19,769 nucleotides of DNA from NCBI GenBank assembly GCA_030619825.1, contig JAUXAS010000007.1, positions 1 to 19,769 on the forward strand, written 5' to 3'. This DNA is from Hadesarchaea archaeon (GTDB lineage Archaea > Hadarchaeota > Hadarchaeia > Hadarchaeales > Hadarchaeaceae). Each line of letters begins with the position of its first letter. The stretch's first letter is position 1. Both the position numbers and the translations under genes were made by a program. Shown one piece after another: positions 9,240 to 17,312 of the stretch. The notes beneath the pieces were generated by a model. It ran no database searches. It worked only from the letters and a program-made list of their open reading frames with translations, and was not told the DNA's origin.

Positions 9240-10318
9240 CGCCTTTCCCGCCTCCCCAAGTCGGGATTCAGGCCGCGGGCGAGGAACCACTCACGCGTCC
9301 TACCCGTGATTACCAATGGCGCTTCCCTGAGCTCTCGAATTCGCTTGCAGCCCGTGAGAAACATCGCCGCGCGCAGCTCCGTGATAAAATCATTTAAAAC
9401 CCCAACGACCGCACGCTTGCCACTCGAAGCAGCTCGGAGGAGGGGTAGCGCTATCCCGACGAGATCGGCACCGAGCGCGAGAGCCTTCGCGACATCGAGC
9501 CCCGTGCGCACCCCGCCGCTCGAAATCACCGGCACTCTTACTGCCCTAGCAACCTCTGCGGTGCAAACGGCAGTTGGGATTCCCCAGTCCCAGAAGGTGG
9601 CACCTAGGTGAGCCCGTTCCGCCGACCGAAACATCTCCACCCCAGCCCAAGTAGTTCCCCCAGCCCCGCTGACATCAATCGCCTCCACGCCTGCCCCCAC
9701 GAGCTTTCGGGCCGTTTCCGCGCTCACTCCACTGCCCGTTTCCTTTGCTATCACCGGGACATCGAGCCCCCGACAAATCTTTGCAAACTTCTCTAGGGCC
9801 CCCCGATACCTGGGCTCCCCCCCGGGCTGCGCGAGCTCCTGCAGGGGATTCATGTGGATTGAAAGCGCATCGGCATTGATCATCTCGACCGCTCGATGGG
9901 CCTCCGCTATGCCGTAACCCTGGGTAAACTGGGGTATGCCTAGGTTGCCCACGAGAAATATGTCTGGGGCGACGCTTCGGACCTCATAGGTCTTCACCAG
10001 CTTCGAATTCTCAAGCGCTGCACGCTGGCTACCCACACTGAACGCCAAACCAAGCTCCTGCGCTGCCGATGCCAAGGCTAAGTTCAGCTTTCGCCCCCGC
10101 TGATGTCCACCTGTCATCGAACATATTATGATCGGCGCCTCCAGCTTCGCCCCGAGGAAGGAGGTGCGCAGGTTGATATCCTCGAAGTCGAGTCCTGGAA
10201 GGGCGTTGTGCACGAACTCCACGTCCCTAAAACCCGGGGACTTGAAGAGGCTCTCGACATTCCTCTCCAAACAAATTCGAATGTGATCAAGCTTGCGGGC
10301 AACAGTTCTCTTGCTCAT
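9236..10318 (-). CDS. fni: Type 2 isopentenyl-diphosphate delta-isomerase (FMN-dependent)
   Basis: RKLDHI, MTGG, VGSQRAA, HMNPLQE..QPGG, KETGSG, GAGGT.W, WGIPT, SGGVRTG. Confidence 0.97.
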   Translation of the reverse strand: MSKRTVARKLDHIRICLERNVESLFKSPGFRDVEFVHNALPGLDFEDINLRTSFLGAKLEAPIIICSMTGGHQRGRKLNLALASAAQELGLAFSVGSQRAALENSKLVKTYEVRSVAPDIFLVGNLGIPQFTQGYGIAEAHRAVEMINADALSIHMNPLQELAQPGGEPRYRGALEKFAKICRGLDVPVIAKETGSGVSAETARKLVGAGVEAIDVSGAGGTTWAGVEMFRSAERAHLGATFWDWGIPTAVCTAEVARAVRVPVISSGGVRTGLDVAKALALGADLVGIALPLLRAASSGKRAVVGVLNDFITELRAAMFLTGCKRIRELREAPLVITGRTREWFLARGLNPDLGRRERR

Positions 10319-10322
10319 ACCC

Positions 10323-11111
10323 TCACCTCGCCACCACGCGTGTGCCGAGCCCCCTTTCCCCTAGGATAGCCCGTCTCAGGGTACCGGGCTTCGTCGCGTT
10401 AACTATCTCTGCCTCCATCCCGCGTTCGGCTAACGCGAGCAGCTCCCGCACCTTATTCGCCATCCCGCCTGTGACATCCCTTCCTCCAGCGGCGCCGAGC
10501 GACGCTACGAGCTTCGCCTTATCGGCCAAGGTTATCCTTCGCATGAGTTTGGTGCCCCTGTTTTTCTTCGGGTCTGCGGTGTAAACTCCGTCGACATCTA
10601 CCCCGAGGATGACTCGCGATACCTCGAGCTCCCGGGCGAGATGGGCTATGAGTTGATCACCCGAAAGGATACTCATCCCCTTGCTCAAATCTGGCACAAC
10701 ATCCCCGTATAGGACCGGCACCAAACCGAGCTCGAGCAACTTCCGCACGGGTGTGAGCTCCATCGACTTGATTCGCCCGCCCTCGACCACCACGCACGCG
10801 GAGGGCGGGATCGCCATGGCCGGCACCCCAACCTCCTGCAGAGCATCAATGATGTGAGTGTTGAGCTTTTCCATTGCGCGATGGGTGAGCGAGAAGCCCA
10901 TCAGCTGCCTTTGATTCTTATAGCCCTCTGCAATTTTGTACTCCGATGCCATGGGGTGCCCGAATGAACCTCCCCCGTGAACGAGCACGAGCGGCCCCTT
11001 AGCTGCCGCTAGCTCTCGAGCGAGTCTCCTTAGCACTGCCCGCTTGACCGCGAACCGTCTGCGTTTGTCTGTTATGACGCTCCCACCAAGCTTCACGATT
11101 AATGGTTTCAA
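10323..11111 (-). CDS. ipk: Isopentenyl phosphate kinase
   Basis: [39 protein letters not shown]; located next to fni. Confidence 0.93.
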   Translation of the reverse strand: MKPLIVKLGGSVITDKRRRFAVKRAVLRRLARELAAAKGPLVLVHGGGSFGHPMASEYKIAEGYKNQRQLMGFSLTHRAMEKLNTHIIDALQEVGVPAMAIPPSACVVVEGGRIKSMELTPVRKLLELGLVPVLYGDVVPDLSKGMSILSGDQLIAHLARELEVSRVILGVDVDGVYTADPKKNRGTKLMRRITLADKAKLVASLGAAGGRDVTGGMANKVRELLALAERGMEAEIVNATKPGTLRRAILGERGLGTRVVAR

Positions 11112-11118
11112 AAAGGGG

Positions 11119-11958
11119 TCACCTCAATATCGCGATGGACCCATACCCCACGACCTGCGCCATCGGCCCCGCTGTCTCGCCGCTCGTCGCGTACTTCAGT
11201 AGCTTTGCTTTTTTTGCCCCAAGTTTTTTCGCGGCTTGCAACATCGCCGAAACCGGCCCGTAACCGCACATGGTAATTGCCTCCTCCTCGACGGTGCGTA
11301 CCAAGCCCGCTGCATCCAGCGCCAATATTTTGTCCATCGCCTTGTGATCTTTCTCAACGGCCGATTGTTGCGGCTCGTAGTGGGTAAAATCTGTTGACGC
11401 AATGATGGCGACATCCTTCCCTGCCGACGCCTCAGCGATGGCGTCCCCGACCTCCTTGCTCGTCCTCTCATCCTGCAGCGTCATGCATATCGGCGCGATT
11501 TTGAACTCGGCATTGAAGAGGTGCTGGAGGAAAGGGAGCTGGACCTCGAGCGAGTGCTCGTAAGCATGGGCAACTGCATCCGTATCTATAATATCCGACG
11601 CCCGCTTGATCGCTTCACTCAGCGCCTCATCTATTTGAATCTCTTCTAAAGGGGTCTGCCACTTTCCTGACATCATTATTGAAACACCTGAACCCGCACC
11701 CGAGTGATTGGGCCCGATAATCACGATCGAGTTCGGCTTGCCGTCCTGCGCCATCTGAGCGAATCCATGTGCAGCGACCGGCCCTGAGTACATGTAGCCC
11801 GCGTGGGGAGAAACCAAACCCACGAGCCGCCTTGGTCCAGCCTTCACCTTCGGCACCTTCCCCGGCCCGTGAGGATGAGTGTAACACCACTCGATTTGCT
11901 CCAAAAGGGCCGATCGGGTGCCAGCGTAAAATTGCCCTGCGACCACGGGGGGCCTCAC
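11119..11958 (-). CDS. MEMO1-family protein (AmmeMemoRadiSam protein B-like)
   Basis: RPPVVAGQFY, PHAGYMYSG, GPNH, EHSLEVQLPFLQ, STDFTHY, MCGYGP, VVGY. Confidence 0.94.
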   Translation of the reverse strand: MRPPVVAGQFYAGTRSALLEQIEWCYTHPHGPGKVPKVKAGPRRLVGLVSPHAGYMYSGPVAAHGFAQMAQDGKPNSIVIIGPNHSGAGSGVSIMMSGKWQTPLEEIQIDEALSEAIKRASDIIDTDAVAHAYEHSLEVQLPFLQHLFNAEFKIAPICMTLQDERTSKEVGDAIAEASAGKDVAIIASTDFTHYEPQQSAVEKDHKAMDKILALDAAGLVRTVEEEAITMCGYGPVSAMLQAAKKLGAKKAKLLKYATSGETAGPMAQVVGYGSIAILR

Positions 11959-12588
11959 TCACTCACCCACCGACTTGGTCTCGAACTCCTCGACCGAAAC
12001 TTCGAACGGCTTTTCCGGCGGGAGGTCGCCTCGCTCCCGAAGCACTTGGCGCGCTAGCAACCAGTAAACTAGCGCGAGCGCCTTGCGCCCCTTGTTATTC
12101 GTTGGGATGATAAGATCTATGTCAGCCGTTTCGTTGTCGGTGTCGCAGAACCCCACCACAGGAATGCCCGCCTCAGCCGCCTCGCGCATGGGCTGCTCAT
12201 CCGCCAGCGGGTCGGTGATGATGAGCACAGATGGCTCAATGTATCCCTTGAAGGAAGGATTTGTAAAAGTACCCGGAATGAACCTGCCCGCAAAAGCCCT
12301 GGCCCCGGCCACCTCGCCAAACCGCTGCGCCGGGCGCTGCCCGTACTGTCGGGCCGAAACCGCGATCACACTTGCCGGCTCAAATCGTGCCAGAAATTTC
12401 CCAGCCAGACTTACGCGCTCGTCAGTCTTTCGGACGTCTAACACATAAAGCCCATCGGGCCGCACGCGGTAGATAAATGGGGCCATCGCGCCCGTCTTCT
12501 GCCGGGTCCCTATGTGGACTCCGCTCGAGAGGTAGGTGTCAAAATCCACCAGCCCGACCACGCCTTCAGCAAACTCAGGTGCGCTCAT
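11959..12588 (-). CDS. rps2: 30S ribosomal protein S2 (uS2)
   Basis: [47 protein letters not shown]. Confidence 0.98.
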   Translation of the reverse strand: MSAPEFAEGVVGLVDFDTYLSSGVHIGTRQKTGAMAPFIYRVRPDGLYVLDVRKTDERVSLAGKFLARFEPASVIAVSARQYGQRPAQRFGEVAGARAFAGRFIPGTFTNPSFKGYIEPSVLIITDPLADEQPMREAAEAGIPVVGFCDTDNETADIDLIIPTNNKGRKALALVYWLLARQVLRERGDLPPEKPFEVSVEEFETKSVGE

Positions 12589-13868
12589 CGTAGCATCCCC
12601 ATCTTCGCTTCCTTCCCCAGTTTTTCTTCAATCCGAATCAACTCATTAAGTTTGGCCACCCGCTCGCCACCAGCCACGCCCGTCTTGATCAGGGGACAAC
12701 CCCACGCCACAGCCAGGTGAGCGATGGTTTCGTCGGGAGTCTCCCCCGAGCGATGGGATATCACGGGCACATAATCATGCTTCTTCGCCAATTTTACTGC
12801 CGCGAGCGTATCGCTGAGCGTCCCTATCTGATTTGGTTTTATTAGCACGGCATTCGCTGCCCCCGCTTTTATACCTTTCTGGAGCCGCCCTACGTTCGTC
12901 GCGAAGAGGTCATCGCCGCAGATTAAGCACCGCTTGCCAGCCTTCCGCGTGAGCCCAGCGAACCCATCGAAGTCCTCCTCGTGCATCGGGTCTTCAACGT
13001 AGAAGAGCTTGTAAGTTCTGATCAGTTCGAGGATAAAATCTATTTGTTCCCCCCCATCCCGACTCACGCTCCCGCGCTCGTAAACGTACTTTTGTTTTTT
13101 TGCATCGTACAGGCTGCTCGAGGCAACATCCAGGGCCGACCTCACCTCAAACCCCACCTCACCTGCAACCTCTTCGCATGCCCGCGATACGACCTCAAGA
13201 GCGTCGAGGTTGTTTAGGTTCGGCGCCCAGGCCACTTCATCGCCCTTGCCGCCGGTAAACGTCGTGTCCTTGGCCTCGATGAGCGTCTTAACTTTCTTAT
13301 GAACCTGCGCGTTCGCGAATGCCGCATCGGTGAACCTCTTTGCGCCGACTGGTATCGCTATGAACTCTTGGATATCTGGGGCCATCTTGCCCGCATGCGC
13401 TCCTCCACCGAGCACGTTGCCGAGCGGATACGGTAACCGAATTGCTCGGCCACCGCCCAGATATATATACAACGGTTTACCGAGCGCGGATGCTGCGGCC
13501 TTAGCCACCGCCATCGAGATAGCCACCGCCGCGTTGCCGCCGATTTTAGAAAAGTTAGACGTGCCATCTAACTCGTGGAGCAACCCGTCGATTTTTTCCT
13601 GCTCGCCCGCCGCTACGCCTATCAACTTCGGCGCTATAAGCCCACGAACTTTTTTAATTGATGCATCGACCCCCCCTTCTGGAAAATCTATGACCTCGTG
13701 CTTTCCCTTGCTCACCCCGCTGGGTGCGGCCGCTCTACCAAAGCTGGCTTTCGCTCCGCGCCCGCCTCGCACCACTACCTCGATTTCAATCGTCGGGTCA
13801 CCGCGGCTATCGAGGATCCTGTACGGGATAACGCTTTTGATGACTGCTTGCACCCTATCGCCCACCAA
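12585..13868 (-). CDS. eno: Enolase (phosphopyruvate hydratase)
   Basis: [71 protein letters not shown]. Confidence 0.97.
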   Translation of the reverse strand: MVGDRVQAVIKSVIPYRILDSRGDPTIEIEVVVRGGRGAKASFGRAAAPSGVSKGKHEVIDFPEGGVDASIKKVRGLIAPKLIGVAAGEQEKIDGLLHELDGTSNFSKIGGNAAVAISMAVAKAAASALGKPLYIYLGGGRAIRLPYPLGNVLGGGAHAGKMAPDIQEFIAIPVGAKRFTDAAFANAQVHKKVKTLIEAKDTTFTGGKGDEVAWAPNLNNLDALEVVSRACEEVAGEVGFEVRSALDVASSSLYDAKKQKYVYERGSVSRDGGEQIDFILELIRTYKLFYVEDPMHEEDFDGFAGLTRKAGKRCLICGDDLFATNVGRLQKGIKAGAANAVLIKPNQIGTLSDTLAAVKLAKKHDYVPVISHRSGETPDETIAHLAVAWGCPLIKTGVAGGERVAKLNELIRIEEKLGKEAKMGMLR

Positions 13869-13917
13869 ATATCTCCATCGACATTTAAAAGATAACCTTA
13901 AGCTAACGCTACATAAA

Positions 13918-13995
13918 TGGTGGGGTCGTCGAGATTCGAACTCGAGTCACCGGCTCCCAAAGCCGACAGGATAGACCAAGCTACCCCACGACCCC
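13918..13995 (-). tRNA. tRNA-Pro (UGG), intronless, CCA encoded
   Basis: GGGGTCG...TCGGC-TTTGGGA-GCCGG...TCGAG-TTCGAAT-CTCGA-CGACCCC-A-CCA folds as a full cloverleaf. Confidence 0.97.
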
Positions 13996-14084
13996 AGAGA
14001 AAAATTGCTCGTTAGAAGATAAGCGTTGTGGGGACTGAACCCACGCTTTATACATGGAAATTCGTGCCCTAAACGGTGCTAAAG

Positions 14085-14555
14085 TTAAGCCTTCACTCGC
14101 CGCTCTTCGGTCGCGCCCTGCCCCGGCGACTCCTCAACCCAGACGTTTATCCGACGCACGTTCGGGTAAGATAAATTCCGCACCACTTCATCTGCGACCA
14201 CGCGCGCTAGCTCCTCTACAGTCGTGTTGACCACGGGAAGCCAGACGACATTCTCGCTGGGGAACTCGAACTCCCGCCCGTGTACGGCGATGCGGGTGCT
14301 CGCCCCCTCGGAAAGGCGTTTTAAAGCACGGTTGTTCTCGGGTAAAAGTATTTGATGATCGTAGCGCCCACACAACTGCTTCAAAATGCGCTTGAGCTCG
14401 AGGAAATCGACGACGAGGCCCCGCTCGTCCGGCTCCCCCTCGACGGTCACACCCACGCGATAGTTGTGTCCATGCAGGTGTTCGCATTTCTCATGCCCGA
14501 TGATTAAGTGGGCGGCAGAGAAACCCAACCCCTCGGTGAGCTTGATCAGCATCAA
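14085..14555 (-). CDS. queD: 6-carboxy-5,6,7,8-tetrahydropterin synthase (QueD/PTPS family)
   Basis: FSAAH, CEHLHGHNY, VDF..LK, DH, NTTVEELA, WVEESPG. Confidence 0.9.
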   Translation of the reverse strand: MMLIKLTEGLGFSAAHLIIGHEKCEHLHGHNYRVGVTVEGEPDERGLVVDFLELKRILKQLCGRYDHQILLPENNRALKRLSEGASTRIAVHGREFEFPSENVVWLPVVNTTVEELARVVADEVVRNLSYPNVRRINVWVEESPGQGATEERRVKA

Positions 14556-14630
14556 AGCACCTTCATCAGTTTGTGCGCTTGGTGTATTATCTATATCTCT
14601 CTCGAGCGTGAAATCCCCGGGTTGGTTTGG

Positions 14631-14706
14631 TGGAGCCGCCGGTGGGTCACGATCCCACGACCTGCTGATTACAAATCAGCCGCTCTGCCAACTGAGCTAC
14701 GGCGGC
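14631..14706 (-). tRNA. tRNA-Thr (UGU), intronless, CCA encoded, atypical T-loop
   Basis: GCCGCCG/CGGCGGC acceptor stem, CTGAT-TTGTA-ATCAG anticodon region (TGT), U73, CCA. T-arm is GTGGG-ATCGTGA-CCCAC. TTTAAA at 14724-14729. Confidence 0.95.
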
Positions 14707-14789
14707 TTAAATATCTGTGGTCCTTTAAAGAAAAATACATTCCCTCGAGCGCTCGTAACTACAAAAACTTGGTGAACTCCTCAAAATCT

Positions 14790-15956
14790 TTAGGATAGCA
14801 TGATCACTTTCTCAATCGCCACCAGCTGCTCCTTTGTGAACTTACTCGGGTCTATTTGAACGATTAGATTTGAGTTGTTTCTGGAGCACAAATCTACCAT
14901 CTTCTTCAGGAAGTCCATCGCCTCCTCGAACCCATTCGCCACCACAAGCTCCTTGAAACAGTCCACAAACACTACAGACCTCCGAGGCCTCGCGAAGAAG
15001 TAGCTGGAGATAACGCCAATTGCTTTATCCAACCTGTTCGGTGGCACCGTCGCTTCACCGCTCACGCGCTCGGATGTCAGGTAGAGGAGGGAGGTCCTCG
15101 CTAACCCGTATTTCTCCCTTATTTTATTTGGGTTCAGAGTCGTCACCCATAACCCGGGGGCATCGTGTGCCACCCGTTCTTTGAAAATTTTTGGGCCTCG
15201 CTCGGGCTTCTTCTCTTTAATCAGGTAACTGCCGCCCTCTTTTAGCTTGTACTTCAATTTCATCTTCAGCCGTGCCTCGGGTGCGGGTACGAAAAATCTG
15301 GTTATCGGCGGCAAGATAAACAGCCTGTACTTTGTTATCGCATAGACGATAAAACCAAAGCTAACCGGAATCGCAAAGACAGCTGGGCGACCCATATTGC
15401 CAACAAAAAATATGTTTAGGCCTATGGTACCAGCGGCGATCGAAAACGAGACCACCATGCCGATCAGGACGAACTTAAGTTGAACGCGTTCTTCCGCATA
15501 TCTGGATTTGGTGTACGACCTCGCCAAATTGAACATCGCAAAACATGCGAAGATGAGTTGATACATGGAATACGGGATGCGGGTCGGGGAAACCAGTAGG
15601 ATCTCTCCCCCCGTGAACAATTCTACGAATAGCAAGCCCATGAAAACGGCTGCTGGGGCGTAAAGCAGGGCAACACGGGGCCCTAATAATTTAGCTCTTG
15701 GGAAAACGTACGTAAGATGCACGAACACGGACAACAGCAATATCAAGCCCGCCTCAGCAAACTTACCCCAAAGAAAGGCGATATTTTCGAGGGACAAATC
15801 CTCCATTGACTTGCCGAGACACCAAGCTGCCCCGAGAAACGCAAGTAGGGCGACCATCCTGTTGACCGTGTGGCGGGGGTCATCTTTCAAAATGTAGATG
15901 CCGAGCAGGATGAGCAAGGCCGAGGAGACGAAGCCAGCTATCGTGTACGCATCCAT
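14790..15956 (-). CDS. Membrane protein with N-terminal HisKA_7TM-like sensor region and C-terminal DUF835 domain
   Basis: About 7 hydrophobic segments with LGIYIL..DP...VNR and YAITKYRLF. C-terminal GGSYLIKEKKP, GLWVTT.NP, VVFVDCFKELVVANGF, LIVQIDP are typical of DUF835. Likely ATG at 15956. Confidence 0.85.
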   Translation of the reverse strand: MDAYTIAGFVSSALLILLGIYILKDDPRHTVNRMVALLAFLGAAWCLGKSMEDLSLENIAFLWGKFAEAGLILLLSVFVHLTYVFPRAKLLGPRVALLYAPAAVFMGLLFVELFTGGEILLVSPTRIPYSMYQLIFACFAMFNLARSYTKSRYAEERVQLKFVLIGMVVSFSIAAGTIGLNIFFVGNMGRPAVFAIPVSFGFIVYAITKYRLFILPPITRFFVPAPEARLKMKLKYKLKEGGSYLIKEKKPERGPKIFKERVAHDAPGLWVTTLNPNKIREKYGLARTSLLYLTSERVSGEATVPPNRLDKAIGVISSYFFARPRRSVVFVDCFKELVVANGFEEAMDFLKKMVDLCSRNNSNLIVQIDPSKFTKEQLVAIEKVIMLS

Positions 15957-15991
15957 TGCCGCACCCCTACCTTTCAATTTCTCTTTCTATG

Positions 15992-16196
15992 ACTGCTAAC
16001 TGTGCCTCATGTTAGTGCCGACCCCGCATCAATATCAGCCTCATCATGAACTCGCTAAAGAATAGGAACGCGGAGGTTAATATTAAGTAGGGCAAATACC
16101 CTATTCACCCTTTCTTTTGGATCCTTGTTAGAACGTAGGAACCTAAGCACACACTAATGATAAAAGCGACCAATGCAGGTACCCGTATGGATTCAT
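15992..16196 (-). pseudogene. Frameshifted remnant of a second HisKA_7TM-type sensor N-terminus
   Basis: Stitching frames gives MNPY/VPALVAFIISVCLGSYVL/KDPKERVNRVFAL/LILTSAFLFFSEFMMRL/DAGSALT*GTVS, collinear with the N-terminus of the 14790..15956 protein. Its ATG overlaps the MinD stop (TGATG) and follows an AAGGTGA SD. Confidence 0.7.
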
Positions 16197-16981
16197 CACT
16201 TCACCTTTCTACCCCTTTTGCGAAGCCAGCGCTTTCGGCGCGGGGCGATGCGCTTACGAGCTTTTAGATGGGTTAGGATCGCCCGCGCGAGCTTCCTATA
16301 CTCGACTGCTGCTGGCGAGTTCGGGGCGTGAAGGACCACAGGGACTCCGCGGGTCACGCTTTCCGCGACCATGTCGTCCTCCGGTACTTCCGCTATGATC
16401 GGCCACCCTAGAGTTCGCTTGATGTCCGAGGTCGGGATTTCGAAGCGCTTGCCCGTGATCCGGTTCAGGACCACCCCGAACACCGGGATCTTGAGGCGAT
16501 CCACGGCCCGGAAGGTCTGGAGCGTCCCTGCAATCGCAGGAACCCTGGGTTGACAACATATGAGAAGCTCATCGCAGGCCTTCATTCCCGCGAAAACCTC
16601 GAGACCGAACCCGGGGGCGGAGTCGAGTATGATCACATCGTATTTTTTTGTGAGTTCATCCAAGATGCCGCGGAGGTCGATCGAGCCGAGCTTGTCCGTG
16701 AATGCAACGGAGCCCGGGATGATATGGAGCCCATAATCGGTAGTGGTAATCGCATCGTTGACCTTGAGCCTGCCAAAAACGACATCCTGAATCACCACGG
16801 GGGGATCTAGGATGCCGAGGTGCAAGCTTAAGCTTGAAGCGGTCATGTTAGTCTCGACTATGATGACGCGGTTTTTGAGCTTCTGGGCCAGAGCTGCACC
16901 CAAGTTGGCCACGGTTGTAGTCTTCCCGACACCCCCCTTGGCCGAGAAAACCCCCAGTATCAGGCCTCTTTTCATCCTCAT
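16196..16981 (-). CDS. MinD/ParA-family ATPase
   Basis: Deviant Walker A KGGVGKTT, IILDSAPG, GVVLNR, VPED..V.ES...G.PVV...P.SPAA. Extra Lys/Arg-rich C-terminal tail. Confidence 0.93.
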   Translation of the reverse strand: MRMKRGLILGVFSAKGGVGKTTTVANLGAALAQKLKNRVIIVETNMTASSLSLHLGILDPPVVIQDVVFGRLKVNDAITTTDYGLHIIPGSVAFTDKLGSIDLRGILDELTKKYDVIILDSAPGFGLEVFAGMKACDELLICCQPRVPAIAGTLQTFRAVDRLKIPVFGVVLNRITGKRFEIPTSDIKRTLGWPIIAEVPEDDMVAESVTRGVPVVLHAPNSPAAVEYRKLARAILTHLKARKRIAPRRKRWLRKRGRKVK

Positions 16982-17006
16982 TCGAGCACCCCGGGTAAAG
17001 AAAAAA

Positions 17007-17138
17007 TCATTTTTTGGCCGACCTTAATTTTTTTCCCACAACTTTCACTTTCCTCAAACATCGGGGGCAAGTTGCGTAGTAGTTGGACTTGCCTTTGTAG
17101 TTCCATTTATATCCACAATTTTTGCATTTGATGTTCAT
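17007..17138 (-). CDS. 43-aa Zn-ribbon microprotein MNIKCKNCGYKWNYKGKSNYYATCPRCLRKVKVVGKKLRSAKK (not in ORF track)
   Basis: CKNCG...CPRC pair with a W-x-Y-x-G spacer. GGGGGT SD-like sequence upstream; T-tract after the stop at 16997-17006. Confidence 0.85.
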   Translation of the reverse strand: MNIKCKNCGYKWNYKGKSNYYATCPRCLRKVKVVGKKLRSAKK

Positions 17139-17151
17139 TCTCTACCCCCAT

Positions 17152-17175
17152 TAGTTAGTAGATAGTAGATAGTAG
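17152..17175. repeat. 7-bp tandem repeat (TAGTAGA, about 3 copies plus a partial) upstream of the Zn-ribbon gene
   Basis: TAGT-TAGTAGA-TAGTAGA-TAGTAG read directly from the sequence. Confidence 0.85.
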
Positions 17176-17301
17176 TCAACAGTGGTCCCTGTATATGGAT
17201 CTTGCGAAAATCGGGTTCTTGAAGGCGTAGTACGTGAACGCAAGCGCCGAGAGGAAGAACACGCTCCCAATCGAGTACATCAAGATTTCAATCGTGCTCA
17301 T
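17176..17301 (-). CDS. 41-aa single-pass membrane microprotein MSTIEILMYSIGSVFFLSALAFTYYAFKNPIFARSIYRDHC (not in ORF track)
   Basis: AGGAGG SD upstream of ATG 17301. One hydrophobic stretch of about 22 aa followed by a short basic tail. Starts 11 nt after the surface-protein stop. Confidence 0.75.
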   Translation of the reverse strand: MSTIEILMYSIGSVFFLSALAFTYYAFKNPIFARSIYRDHC

Positions 17302-17312
17302 GCGCCTGCCTC

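Noticed and set aside
13225..13250. Enolase GDEVA instead of the usual GDEG(G/A), and SGVSKG instead of SGASTG
   Set aside because: All catalytic and metal-binding residues checked (His, Glu, Asp, Lys, SHRS) are retained, so there is no basis for calling it inactive or repurposed.
4111..13974. Numerous long plus-strand ORFs (e.g. 4111..4623, 7484..8008, 8458..8943, 13330..13974)
   Set aside because: Antisense shadows of well-conserved GC-rich minus-strand genes, with no independent motifs.
14631..14790. tRNA-Thr as integration site for the right-hand accessory cluster
   Set aside because: The cluster lies on the tRNA's 5' side, and no integrase or duplicated tRNA end is seen in 14790-19769.
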